The notes beneath the pieces are model-generated. The model did not search any database. It saw nothing but the letters and a program-made list of their open reading frames with translations, and was not told where the DNA came from. Of a stretch of DNA of 64,000 nucleotides, positions 23,339 through 34,304 are shown in pieces (within the stretch, counting starts at the first letter, position 1; each line of letters opens with the position of its first letter). The stretch is taken from contig CAVVMW010000021.1 of the NCBI GenBank assembly GCA_963749495.1, forward strand, positions 544,001 to 608,000, written 5' to 3'. The translations under genes were made by a program, and so were the position numbers. Source of the stretch: an uncultured bacterium (lineage in GTDB: Bacteria > Verrucomicrobiota > Verrucomicrobiia > Limisphaerales > UBA8199).

Positions 23339-23407
23339 AAACCGCGGAATACGCGGAATACGCGGAAAACAAACGGCTTTCCGCGTATTCCGCGTATTCC
23401 GCGGTTC
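23339..23407. repeat. Inverted array of 9-mer tandem repeats inside the operon
   Basis: ccgcggaatacgcggaatacgcggaaa ... tttccgcgtattccgcgtattccgcgg. Confidence 0.85.
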
Positions 23408-23510
23408 TTTATTTTGTCTCGATTGGCACGCAAACTGAGCAGATCCCCTTTTCCCTGTATATCTGCCACAGGAGGATTCCTTGGCCGAGCTTTTGGGTCC
23501 AAGGTGCAGT

Positions 23511-25482
23511 TCATGTCGGTTTGACCAGGGCGGGAGCGGCCGCGGGAAGGCTGGCGGGCGTGCCGGCCGGGGGTTTTCCATTCTCGGGCGGTTTGCGCTC
23601 TTGGCCCGGCTTTTCAGCTTCCCCGGTTTCCGGCGGGCGGAGCAGCACGAGTTCGCCTTCCTTGAGGCCGGCTTTGATCTCGATGAACTCGTCGTTGAAC
23701 TCGCCGGTCCGGACTTCCCGCCGCTCCGGTTTGGGCCCGCGCGACACATAGCAGACCTGTTTGTCCCCGTCGGGCGAGATCGCCTGGACCGGCACATAGA
23801 TGCAGTCCTCGATGCGGTTGACGAGGATTTCGACCTTGGTGCTCATGCCGGGTTTGACCCAGTCGTGCGCGCCCTCGACGGAGATGGTGGTGAGATAGAC
23901 CTTGAGGTCGGGGTTCATCCAGCGGTTCTGCGAATCGGGCAGGACAGCGACCTTGGTGACCTCGCCGGCGAGGAGTTTGTCGGCAAAGGCATCCACGGTG
24001 ACGCGAGCTTTCTGGCCCTTTTGGATCTTCTTGATGTAGCCCTCGTGGATTTTGACCTTGATGATCATGCGGCTCAGGTCGGGAATGGTGAGGATGACCT
24101 GGCGTTCGCGGACGGTGGCGCCTTCACGGATGCGTTCATCGTCCCAGTACCTCGAAGTCGTCGTCGGCGCTGCCATAGACGACCAAACCGCCTTTCCTGG
24201 CGCGGAGCACGCATTTTTCGAGCTGCTCCTTGAGGTCGTTGCGCTGCTGGAGCTGGACCTCGTGCTGGGCGCGCGCGGATTTCAGCTTCGCCTTGGCCTG
24301 GGCCAGTTTGGAGATGGCGATTCGGCGCGCTTTGTCCAGTTCCCGCACGGCCTGGGCGTACTTCGACAGGGCGTCCTCGGCGCTCTTGACAAAGTCGTAG
24401 CGCAGGAAGAGGTCGCGGGCGCTGTCCGCGCTCTGCACCGCGAGCCGTTTGTTTTCGTAGGTAATCTCATCGCGTTGGAGCTCGGTCTGCGTGACAAAGC
24501 CCTTCTCGAAGAGGCGGCGCGTGCCCTCGAGCGTGGTCTTGGCCTGCTCGAGGTCCTTTTGTGCGACTTGCAAGTCGTCCTGGAATTTGCGGAGCTTCTG
24601 TTTAGCTTCGCCCTCCCCAAGTTTGTCAATGTTCGCGTAAGGGGAAAAATCGACCTGGAGGCAGTTGGCCGCGGCGGCCGGGGCCGGGTCGGCCGGGTCG
24701 GAAAGGGAGTTGGCACCCGCCGCGGCCGAACCGGTGGGCAGGGACGCGCTCCCGAGGGCAACGGCCGCATGGGCGCCGCCGGCGGCGGCGGGCGGCGATG
24801 CCGAGGCCGGCACGAGGGCGGCTGAGGTTGCATTGGCCGCCGGCAGGGCCACGCCCGGCGGTTTTCCGTTGGAGAGGTCCTCGACCCGGGAGGCTTCCTC
24901 AACGTCGTTGGTGCTGGCGGCGGCGAACAGCTTGTCCAGCCCGACCAGCCGGATGGTCTGCGCGGCAACGGATTCTCCGAGGAACTTGTCGAAATCGAGG
25001 TGAGCAAACCGGGCCTTTTGTTCAGCGTCCTTGATGTCGCTCTGGTTCTGGTTGAGTTGGATTTCGTAGTTTTGCTGGGCATCAATCAGGCTGGCGATGG
25101 CCGTTTGATACTGGATTTCCTGCTGCACGACTTGTTTCTGCAGATCCGAGGAGTCCAACTCGACCAGCACCTTGTTGGTCTTGACGTCGTCTTCGGTGAC
25201 GAAGCAGCCCTCCTCGACGATTTTGAGGATTTTGGTTCCCTGGTTGCCGCCGCGCACTTCGCATTTGATCTCCTGGGATTCGAGGGCTTGGAGGCTGCCG
25301 CCCTGGAGCACGGTGATAGCGAGCGGCCCGTGCCGGGCCGAGAACAAAGGCGTTTTGGAGGCGGAGCGGGCGCCGCGGCCCGACAGGGCCAAACCGAGGG
25401 CGGCGAGCAGCGCCGCCGCGGCAACCCAGCGCCAGAGGGGCTGGCGGCGAAGGAACGAAAACAAGTTAGCGGGCTTTTGCAT
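23511..25482 (-). CDS. Efflux periplasmic adaptor, MacA/HlyD family (frameshift near 24150)
   Basis: N-terminal TM, coiled coils, KCVLRARKGGLVVY, IREGATVRERQVILTIPDLS, KPGMSTKVEI, IKAGLKEGELV. Confidence 0.88.
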
Positions 25483-27190
25483 CTTTGGTCTCCTCCCACT
25501 GGCCGTTGTCCTTGATGTAGAGAATGCCCAGGTTATCCCAGAATTGGAGCCGGGCAATGGTGTGCGTCACCAGGGCCTGGGTGCGCTGGTTCTTCGAGTC
25601 GCTCAAGGCGTTTTGGGCATCGACCTGGTCCTGGGCCTTGGCCCGGCCGAGTTCCGCCAGGAGGTTCTGCTCCTGGACGCGGCGCTCGGCAATTTTCACG
25701 CCCAGTTCGCTGAGCTCGTAGTTGCGTTTGGCCTGGTCGAGCGTGCGCCAACTGTCGCGGACCTGGAGCTTGATGTTGTCCTCCTGCTCGACGATGGCGC
25801 GGGCGGCGCGGTTGCGGGCAATGAGGGCGGCGCGGTAGTTGTTCCGCTCGGCCTTCCGGTCGAAGCCCGGGTCAACCGTCAGCCCGGCATTCCACGAGTA
25901 AAGGTCGGTCTCGGGCAACTGGAAGCCGGTGTTGCGGTTGGGATTGCTCTGGAGCTGGACGGTGGCGCCGAAATCAACCTGGGGTTTGAGGAAGTTGGCC
26001 GCCAGGCCGACTTTGCGGACGGTGTCGGCGAGTTGGTCCTTGGCATTGAGGTAATCCAGGCGTGCGGCCAGCGCGATGCGAATCGAGTCGTCCACGGACA
26101 GCTTGGGGTCGCGGATCTCGAGGTTGAGCAACTCCCGGTCGTCCAGCACGAGGTTGGCGTTGACCTTCAAGCCGAGCTGGAGTTTGAAGTTATCGAGGGC
26201 CTGCTGGCAGGCGTGGACGGCGTTAATCCAGGCGGTCTCGGAGGAGAGGACCTGCTGTTCAAGGCGGCCCAGGTCGGATTGGGTGATGCGTCCTTCCTGG
26301 GCCAGGGCGCGGCTGCGCTCGGCGTTCTTGCGGGAGCTTTGGAGGTTGAGGAAATTGTTGCGGGCGGTGTCGCGGTTGCCGAGAACGCCGTAATAGGCGC
26401 GGCCGATCTGCACGGCAAAATCCTTGCGGTATTGGGTGAAATCCCGGAGGTCATAGACCGTTTGGCGCTCGGCCTGGGTCAGATCCTCGATCTCCTTTTT
26501 GAAGGCCGCGTTGCGGAGCAACGGGCGCGTGAAGGTGGCGGCCAGGCTCGACTGCGCGTTGGCGTTGGGCAGGCCGGAGACGTAACGGACAAAATCGGCG
26601 GTCATCTGGGCTGAGAGCCGCCCGACATCGCGGATGAGCCAGCCGGCATTCACGGATCCCGAGGCGTTGATACGTTGTTGCTCAACCATGCCGTCGCTGA
26701 CGACCGGCTCGATCGCGCCGGTGACGGGGTTGATCTGGTAAGCCGCCTCGGTGTAGCCGCCATAATTCCCGTTGCCGCTCCCCGAAAAAATGGGCGTAAA
26801 CTGGTAGCGGTTTAGGGACAGGCTCAGAGCGGAGAGGTAGAGCTGCTCCTTGCGGGACTGATAGGCGCGGCTGGTGTGAACGGCCACATTCAACGCGTCT
26901 TCCAGGCGCAAGACGCGGGACCCTCGCTCGCGCTCGCCGTCGGGCCCGAGGAACTCCTCGAGGTTGGTGCTGACCGGCAGCCCCTCGAGCACCCCCAGGT
27001 TGGTCTCCGCGATCGTGAAATTCGTGTCCATGTTCGGCACCCGTGGCGCTTTGCTCCGGACGATGCCGTACACCTCCTTGTCCGCTGATTTCTCGTAGTG
27101 CTTGGTCGTACAACCCCCCAGGACCAGGGGCAACACCAGCCCGGCCACCACACTGCGTCGTCCTGAATTCGACACCCGGCCCTTCATCAT
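25466..27190 (-). CDS. TolC family outer membrane lipoprotein
   Basis: Lipobox LVLGGC; two helical outer-membrane efflux repeats; first gene of the efflux operon. Confidence 0.85.
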   Translation of the reverse strand: MMKGRVSNSGRRSVVAGLVLPLVLGGCTTKHYEKSADKEVYGIVRSKAPRVPNMDTNFTIAETNLGVLEGLPVSTNLEEFLGPDGERERGSRVLRLEDALNVAVHTSRAYQSRKEQLYLSALSLSLNRYQFTPIFSGSGNGNYGGYTEAAYQINPVTGAIEPVVSDGMVEQQRINASGSVNAGWLIRDVGRLSAQMTADFVRYVSGLPNANAQSSLAATFTRPLLRNAAFKKEIEDLTQAERQTVYDLRDFTQYRKDFAVQIGRAYYGVLGNRDTARNNFLNLQSSRKNAERSRALAQEGRITQSDLGRLEQQVLSSETAWINAVHACQQALDNFKLQLGLKVNANLVLDDRELLNLEIRDPKLSVDDSIRIALAARLDYLNAKDQLADTVRKVGLAANFLKPQVDFGATVQLQSNPNRNTGFQLPETDLYSWNAGLTVDPGFDRKAERNNYRAALIARNRAARAIVEQEDNIKLQVRDSWRTLDQAKRNYELSELGVKIAERRVQEQNLLAELGRAKAQDQVDAQNALSDSKNQRTQALVTHTIARLQFWDNLGILYIKDNGQWEETKDAKAR

Positions 27191-27346
27191 GGGATTGGAC
27201 CAGACGGCGGCCTTCTCCTCACGCGTTAATGACCTGTGCCGGAACAACCTGGGGACTTGTGAGTCACCCTCGATGCGCGATGTCTCCAGTCAGAGCGCGG
27301 GCATGCCGCGCACTCCAGACGCTTCGCGACTTCGGCCGCAGGCGGT

Positions 27347-28094
27347 TCACACCTCGACAACCAACGCCGGGTCGAAGGCTTGCACCCGTTCCTTGGGGTA
27401 GCCGCGGGGGTTGGCCAGGACACGCGTGGCGCCCAGCCTGTAATCGGCAACCCAGTGAATATGACCATGGACCCAAAGCGGGGCGCGGCTGGCGGCAACC
27501 AGTGAGTCGAGGTTCGAGGCGAAGGCCGGGCTCATTGGGTCGGCGCTGTAAACCGGCCCCACCGAAAGGACGCTCGGCGCATGGTGAGTCACCACCACGC
27601 ATTTGCGCCCGGACAAGCCCCGAAACTGCCGCTCCAGCCAGCGGGTCGTCTCGAGGTTCAATCGCCGCGCGTCGGCCGGGCGAAACCTCGAAGTAGTGAG
27701 GAAAAACCCGGATATGGCGGAAGTCGTTGATGCCCATCTCGGCGTCGATCTCCGCTTGAACCCGGTTGCCGAAAAGAGCGAAATCGCTCCACAGCGTTGC
27801 CCCCAGGAATGTGACGCCGCCCAGCTCGACCTGCTCATTCTCGAGCACATGAACATTGGTCCCCTGGGCCATCTCCTTGAGCTTGCGAGTAAGGCTCGGG
27901 AGGGCGTGATGGTAAAACTCGTGGTTGCCCAGCACATAAATCACCGGCGTCTGCCGGCAGGTCTCCAGCACCCACCTCATTCCCATCTCCCCGACGCCAA
28001 CGTCCCCGGCCAGCACCAGGACATCCGCCCCCGCGCCTGGCAGTTGAAATGGCGCGAATTCCAGGTGCAGGTCGCTGAGAATTTGCAGACGCAT
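27347..28094 (-). CDS. Calcineurin-like metallophosphoesterase (frameshift near 27690)
   Basis: SDLHLE, LAGD, GNHE, THH, HGHIH, NPRGY. Confidence 0.9.
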
Positions 28095-28215
28095 TCGCCC
28101 TAGACTCCAAAATAGAAGCTGCTTTGCCAAGGCCGTTTTGTCATCGTCGCTGTCCGGTGGTGTCATCCGGTTGCGGTGCTCGACATCGCGGCGGCCCAGT
28201 GTTAAGGTCGCTCTG

Positions 28216-28467
28216 ATGAGAACGCAGTCGCCCGATACAAGTCCGGAATCCGAGCGGGTGCTGACGGAACTGCTGCGGCGGACGCCCGCCTGGCGGCGGC
28301 TCCAGCTTGCCGACCATATGAGTGCCACCGTTCGCCAACTTTGCCTGGCAGGTTTGCGCTCCCGTCATCCCAACGCAAGCGAAGCCGAGCTCCGCCGTCG
28401 CTTTGCCGATCTTCACCTGGGGCCGGAATTGGCGGCGAAGGCTTACGGTCCGCCGCCCACAGACTGA
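28216..28467 (+). CDS. Small helical protein, putative antitoxin partner
   Basis: 83 aa, DTSPESERV...RRLQLADHMS...GLRSRHP; its TGA overlaps the next ATG. Confidence 0.75.
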   Translation: MRTQSPDTSPESERVLTELLRRTPAWRRLQLADHMSATVRQLCLAGLRSRHPNASEAELRRRFADLHLGPELAAKAYGPPPTD

Positions 28468-29069
28468 TGGACGCCGAGCAAATCCAAGTCAACCTGCTGG
28501 TCGTGCGGGCCTTCGACTCGCTCCGCATCCCTTACTTCCTCGGAGGCTCGATGGCCAGTTCGGTCCATGGCATTTATCGCGCGACGGCGGACGCTGATTT
28601 CGTTGCTGCCGTCCGCCCCGAACACGCCAAGCCCCTGGTGGATCTCCTCCATCCAGCTTTCTACGCCGACCTCGAAGCGGTTCAAACCGCCGTCGCCTCG
28701 CACCGCAGCTTCAACATTATCCATTTGGAAACCATGCTGAAGGTGGATGTCTTTGTGGCCCGAACCGACCCGTTCCACCTGATGCAAATGCGCCGCCGCG
28801 CGCTTCAGACAACCGATCCGGACGGTCGGACATCATTTTTCGTCGCCTCCCCCGAAGACACGATTCTGGCCAAGCTGCAATGGTATCGCGACGGCGGCGG
28901 TGTGTCCGACCGCCAGTGGAGCGACGTTTTGGGCGTCCTCAAGGTCCAAGGTGCCGCGCTGGACCGCGCTTATCTCGATGAGTGGGCCCAGGAACTGGGC
29001 CTCACGGGCCTCCTGCGCCGGGCGCTCGATGAAGCCGGCTTGCCGCCAGCAGGGCCGGGCAGGCAATGA
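28467..29069 (+). CDS. Nucleotidyltransferase-fold protein (AbiEii/DUF6036-like)
   Basis: IPYFLGGSMASSVHG..RATADADF; KVDVF; SPEDTILAKLQWY...RQWSDV. Confidence 0.8.
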   Translation: MDAEQIQVNLLVVRAFDSLRIPYFLGGSMASSVHGIYRATADADFVAAVRPEHAKPLVDLLHPAFYADLEAVQTAVASHRSFNIIHLETMLKVDVFVARTDPFHLMQMRRRALQTTDPDGRTSFFVASPEDTILAKLQWYRDGGGVSDRQWSDVLGVLKVQGAALDRAYLDEWAQELGLTGLLRRALDEAGLPPAGPGRQ

Positions 29070-30283
29070 AACCGGAGCCTGCCGACCCACCGTCCATCCG
29101 GCGTGGACAGCCCATGCGCGCCACAAATTCGCCGGAGCTCAGAGCGGTTCGGGAGCTTCTGCGCACGGTCCCGCTTATCGACGGCCACAACGACCTGCCG
29201 TGGCAGTTGCGGAGCAAGTTCCGCAATGACCTCGGCGCGATCGACCTGCGCAGCGAGACCCAAACGCGCAAAGCCGCGCTGGCCACCAACCTGCCCCGTC
29301 TCCGCGCCGGCTGCCTGGGCGCTCAGTTCTGGGCCGCCTATGTCCCGTCCGCGACGCCGGGTCCCGAGGCCGTGCAAGCTGCCATCGAGCAAATCGACCT
29401 CGTCCATCGCCTGGCGGCGCGCTATCCGGACACCCTCCAGATGGCCCGCAGTGCGGCGGACATCGTGAGGATCCATCGGCGCGGCCGCATCGCCTCGCTC
29501 ATTGGCATCGAAGGCGGGCACTGCCTTAACAACTCGCCGGCCGTGCTCCGCATGGCCTACGCGCTGGGCGTCCGCTATTTGACACTCACCCACGTCCGGA
29601 ACACGGCCTGGGCCGATGCCGCCGGGGACACGCCGGTCCATCACGGCCTGACCCCGCTCGGCGAAGAAATCGTGCGGGAGATGAACCGGCTCGGGATGAT
29701 GGTGGACCTGGCGCACGTCACGGATGAAACGATGCGGGCCGCCCTCCTGGTCTCCAAGGCCCCGGTCATCTTCTCGCACTCGTCGGCGTGGGGCGTCTGC
29801 CGCAACGCGCGAAATGTGCCGGATGACGTGCTCGAGGCGGTGCGCGCCAATGGCGGCGTGGTGATGGTCTGTTTCCTGCCGGGATACCTCACCGAGCCCA
29901 ACAGCGCCCATCACGCCAAGGGGGCGGCCCGGATGCACCGGCTCGAAGGGCTCTATCCCGCCCGCCCGGAGAAAGTGCGGGCGGCAATGGAGGCCTGGTG
30001 GCAGGCCCACCCCTGGCCGGGCGCCACGCTGTCGGACGTGGCCGATCACATCGACCATGTCCGCAAAGCAGCCGGCATCGATCACGTCGGCATCGGTTCG
30101 GACTTCGACGGTTTTCCCGGCTCGGTCAAGGGGCTGGAGGACGTGTCCCGATTCCCGGCCCTGCTGGCCGAGTTGCTGCGCCGGGGCTATAGCCGGGCGG
30201 ACATCGCGAAGGTGGCGGGACAGAATCTGTTGAGGGTGTTCAGGGACGTGGAAAGGGCCGGGAACCGGAGGGGCAGCCCTTGA
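29066..30283 (+). CDS. Membrane dipeptidase (peptidase M19)
   Basis: IDGHNDLP, GAQFWAAYV, IGIEGGH, YLTLTH, IFSHSS, HVGIGSDFDG. Confidence 0.93.
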   Translation: MKPEPADPPSIRRGQPMRATNSPELRAVRELLRTVPLIDGHNDLPWQLRSKFRNDLGAIDLRSETQTRKAALATNLPRLRAGCLGAQFWAAYVPSATPGPEAVQAAIEQIDLVHRLAARYPDTLQMARSAADIVRIHRRGRIASLIGIEGGHCLNNSPAVLRMAYALGVRYLTLTHVRNTAWADAAGDTPVHHGLTPLGEEIVREMNRLGMMVDLAHVTDETMRAALLVSKAPVIFSHSSAWGVCRNARNVPDDVLEAVRANGGVVMVCFLPGYLTEPNSAHHAKGAARMHRLEGLYPARPEKVRAAMEAWWQAHPWPGATLSDVADHIDHVRKAAGIDHVGIGSDFDGFPGSVKGLEDVSRFPALLAELLRRGYSRADIAKVAGQNLLRVFRDVERAGNRRGSP

Positions 30284-30555
30284 GGGGAACCGACGCTCCG
30301 GAGCCCTCTCCGTCAACCGGCGCGAGGCCCGCATGGTTTTGGACTGCGGCAGTCCTCTGCCGCTTTCGCCTCCCCAGGGTCCAAAAAGCGGCAGAGGACT
30401 GCCGCAGTCCAAAACGCTTCGCGGCCTCGTCCGCGTGGCCGCCATTACCCGTCCGACCGGTCCGACCGGTCCGAACGCCTCCTCGCCGCTCGTCCCTGAA
30501 TTGATTCCGGCCAATTCTCGTATAGGATACGGTCAGGTGTTGGGATAAGCGCGAG

Positions 30556-32500
30556 ATGAACAGCCAACTGGAAAGCCCGCTGGTCAGAGCGGTGAACCCT
30601 GAATCCGGTCGCCTGCTCGGGTTTCTGGGCCGCTCGAAGATGAAGGCGCCCCCACGGACGCCCGATACGGAGATCTACCTGATGAAGCTGGAGCCGCAGG
30701 GCAAGTCCCTGCAAAGGCTGCCCCCGAGCGACGCCGCCATTGACTGCTCGCCGGAGGACTGTTTTTTCTGCGTCTTCACCAAGGGCCTGCCTTTCGAGAT
30801 GGTTTTCAGCGCCGTCCTGACCGATTCCAGGGGCCAGCGGTGGGACGCGGCATTCTCGGGCACGTGGCGGGTGGCGGACGGGCAGCGCCTTCTCGAGGAC
30901 GGCGTCATGAACCTGGTGTCGCCGGCCGCGCCATTCACGCGCGCCATGGCGGAGGCCTGGGCCGACTCGAGGCTCAACGCGAAGGTCAAGGACGCCGTTC
31001 AGGGCAGGTCCATCGAACAGATGCGGGACCAGGAGGTGCTCCCGTTGAGTTGGTGGAAGGGCCAGTTCAATCAATGGCTGGAGCCTTGCGGGCTGAGCGT
31101 CGAGCTGGTCCCGCCGGTGCGCTGGGAGAGCGCCCAGGCGGCGGTGGCGGAGGCCGCGCGCCGCAAGCAGGAGGAGGCCCAATGCCTGGCCGAGGAGACC
31201 GCGCGAGGCCGCCAGGCCGCGCTGGCCATGCAGGAGGCGGCCGCCCAATTCGATCTCAAACGCCATCGGCTGGAGACGGAACTGGCCGATGAGAAACAGC
31301 GGGTCATCCGCGACCGGGAGTTGTCCGACAAGACGCGGGAGCAGCAGTTGGTCGAGATGGAAGAGCAGTTCAAGCAGCGCCGCCTCAAGCTGCAGATGGA
31401 GTATCACGAAATGGAGTCCAAGCTCCAGGGGGCGATGGCCGAAAGCCAAAAGCAGGCCGCGCAGCGGCAACTGGCCATGGCCCAACTCTGCGAGCAGGAG
31501 GACCTCCGCAAGGCGCAGCAGGCCCAGGACCGCATGCGCCAGGCGCAGGTCGAGGACAAGAAACTGGAGCTCGAACTGGCCAGGATGGATTCCCAGATCC
31601 AGAAGGAGCGGCTGGAACTGGAGCAGGACCGCCGCCGCCTCCAACTGGAAATCCAAAGCCGCGAGTTGGAGGTCCAGGCCGCCGGCCAGCGCCTCGAACA
31701 CGACCGCCTGGCCGTGGCCGACGCCCAGGCCCTCAATGACCAGGCCATCGCCCGCCAGCAGGAGACGCTGGAGTCCCTCAGGGCCATGCACAAGACCTTC
31801 AGCGACCTGGCCGGCATCTTCAAGCCCCTGCTCTGGATGCTCATGGATGTAAAGAGCCGCTACACGGCCGTGGGCTGGGCCGAGGCGGTCCACTTCGACC
31901 CGGAGAAGCTGGCGGCCCTGGGCTTTGTCACGCCGCAAGTCTTCTTTGACAAGCTGCGGCGCAAAGGCGACGAGGACGGCGCCCCCATCCTCTTGCGCAA
32001 GGTGGATGTGGCCCCGCGCCTGGCGCCGACTCGCGACCTCCTGGCCGTCAGGGACGTCGGCCCGGTCAAGCTCGATGTCATTCGCAAGGGACAGTCCCTC
32101 GCGTTCGAGTTGAAGACGCGCCGCGCGGGCTATTTGACCTTTTTCAACCCCGGCACCACCGGGCGGATTCTGGCTCCACGTGCCCAACGTCTATGAGAAA
32201 TCGGCCCAGGTGGCGGCGGGGGGCGTTTATTGGATTCCGGGCCCCGGGCTGCTGCCCCCAAACGAATTGCTGGCCAACGGGTTGGACTTCATGGAGACCG
32301 GCCCCGCCGGCTGGGAGTACCTCGTGGTCATTGTGTCGGACCAACCGCTCATCGCCCCCGAGGTGGTGAACTGCTCCCGCCCCGGCCTGCCGATGGTCCA
32401 GTTGAGCCTCGAGCGACTCGATGCCATCGGCGCCCGCTTGGAATCCTGGCCCCCCTCCTCCTGGTCCGCGGCAGTGCGGAAGTTTTATGTGGAAGAGTGA
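30556..32500 (+). CDS. SPFH-like N-domain, long coiled coil and DUF4384-like C-domain (frameshift near 32172)
   Basis: FSGTWRVAD...FNQWLEPCGLSV band-7-like pattern; ~200 aa of heptads; GQSLAFELKTRRAGYLTFFN..(WLH)VPN...GPAGWEYLVVIVSDQPL. Confidence 0.65.
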
Positions 32501-32510
32501 GGCAGACGCA

Positions 32511-33038
32511 ACGCGCGCGTTGCGGAGCGACGCAGTGAAGGTAGCCGTGGACCTCGGTCCACGGTTCAGGGCGTGGGAATGCCCGCGCGTCGCGTAGCGA
32601 CGCCCGACAGCATCGCGCTTCTCAGGCGTCGCTACGCGACGCGGACGAGCTTGGGCCATCCGTCCGTGGACTGAAGTCCACGGCTACCATCGGACACCGC
32701 TCCGCGGTGAGCCGGACGTAGCGCGTGCGTCGCGGAGCGACGCAGTGAAGGTAGCCGTGGACCTCGGTCCACGGTTCAGGGCGTGGGAATGCCCGCGCGT
32801 CGCGTAGCGACGCCTGACAGCATCGCGCTTCTCAGGCGTCGCAACGCGACGCGGACGAGCTTGGGCCATCCGTCCGTGGACCTCGGTCCACGGTTCAGGG
32901 CGTCGGAATGCCCGCGCGTCGCGTAGCGACGCCCGACAGCATCGCGCTTCTCAGGCGTCGCTACGCGACGCGGACGAGCTTGGGCCATCCGTCCGTGGGC
33001 TGAAGTCCACGGCTACCATCAAGCACCGCTACGCGGTG
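32511..33038. repeat. Three tandem copies of the family A GTAG-REPIN
   Basis: Repeated ccgtggacctcggtccacggttcagggcgt..cgcgtcgcgtagcgacgc..gcgtcgctacgcgacgcg..ccgtggac. Confidence 0.92.
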
Positions 33039-33109
33039 GAAACCAGTCCTGAATAACATCTCCCGGCTCCTCGTAGTAGCTTGGGAACAAGTAGCGGCAG
33101 GTTGTGTCC

Positions 33110-34165
33110 ATGAACTCGGAATCGAAAGAGGCCCCCGACCACGCTGCTGGCTTCGAGCAGTACGTGCGGGCGCTGCCCCCCGATGCCAGGCGGGAAGGAT
33201 TGCGCGATGCCCAGGGCAAGCTCCTCGAACCGGGCGAGAGGGTCCTTTGCCACCCCTGGGCCCCGTGGGAGTTCATGGAGGATAGCCCGGCCAACCGGGC
33301 CCAATTCCTGAGCCTTGGCTGCGCGTGGTCCGAGCCGGTCCGGCAGCAGGTCTGGTTTCCCCGGGCCCAGGCCCTGCCCGGCCCGCTCCAGGCGCAGCTT
33401 GACGAGGCGGCCTCCGGCCGCGAGCACTTCCTGGCCCGGCTCAGGGAGAACGTCATATCGTCCGTCGGCACCCCGTTCCCGCTGCTCCGCGTCCCTGCCT
33501 GGTTCGAGCTGCTGCCCTGGAAATGGGAACCCAAGATCCGTCGCATCGAACAGAGGGCCGACCTGACGCCGTCCGTTCTGAGGCTCATCCGGGCCCAATC
33601 CGGGGTCCCCGCCGGCCTGGCCTGGCCGGCGGCCTGGCTGGAACTCCTGGCCCGGCTCAATGCCGTCCATGTCTTCTCCATCACCGGTTTGCTCTGGAGC
33701 GCCCATGTCGTGGTTGGCTTTGTCTGCCGGCTGGAATTTCGCAAAGAAACCCAGCCGCAGATAGCGCCTCTGGACCAGGCCGCGATTGATGCCGTGGACC
33801 GGGCCTATCGTGATTGGGCAGAGCGTCCATCCAGAGCGACGAGCGAGGACCTCCTGCACTCGGCCGCTGAACCAGCCTGCTGCCGGTCCCCGCCGCGGCG
33901 GCGCCGCGCCGGAAGGGACTGCGTCTTCTTCGCCCTGGGCACCGCCGGGGATCTGCCGCCCTATCAAAGCCATATTACCGCCGGCGCGCGTTGTGTGGTC
34001 TTGTCCACCATCCGAGGCGACGGCCGGTGGAGCGCCCCGCCAGTGGAAAGGTCCGGCAAGGCGCGGGCCTTGGCGGACTTCCTGGATCGGCTCGTGCCGG
34101 AGACACAGCAAGAGCGGTTGCACTACAGAAAAAGGTTGATTTGGGCGCCCAAACAGGTGCAGTAG
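33110..34165 (+). CDS. Hypothetical protein
   Basis: ~350-aa ORF with coding-like codon usage; no motif recognised. Confidence 0.6.
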   Translation: MNSESKEAPDHAAGFEQYVRALPPDARREGLRDAQGKLLEPGERVLCHPWAPWEFMEDSPANRAQFLSLGCAWSEPVRQQVWFPRAQALPGPLQAQLDEAASGREHFLARLRENVISSVGTPFPLLRVPAWFELLPWKWEPKIRRIEQRADLTPSVLRLIRAQSGVPAGLAWPAAWLELLARLNAVHVFSITGLLWSAHVVVGFVCRLEFRKETQPQIAPLDQAAIDAVDRAYRDWAERPSRATSEDLLHSAAEPACCRSPPRRRRAGRDCVFFALGTAGDLPPYQSHITAGARCVVLSTIRGDGRWSAPPVERSGKARALADFLDRLVPETQQERLHYRKRLIWAPKQVQ

Positions 34166-34208
34166 AGTATAGTCAATCACGTGCTGAAGCGGATGGACAG
34201 GAGCGATT

Positions 34209-34235
34209 GAATGACGAATGACGAATGACGAATGG
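34209..34235. repeat. Heptamer tandem repeat (gaatgac)n
   Basis: gaatgacgaatgacgaatgacgaatg; the same unit occurs at 61977-62013. Confidence 0.85.
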
Positions 34236-34304
34236 ATGAGTTGCCCGCACGAATGAGATCAAGCACAGGATTGCCAATGGAGTGCGCGCGTGAACCCGGT
34301 GGCC

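Noticed and set aside
32511..33038. Possible CRISPR array
   Set aside because: The units are 120-200 bp with identical internal segments, there are no unique spacers, and no cas genes are in view.
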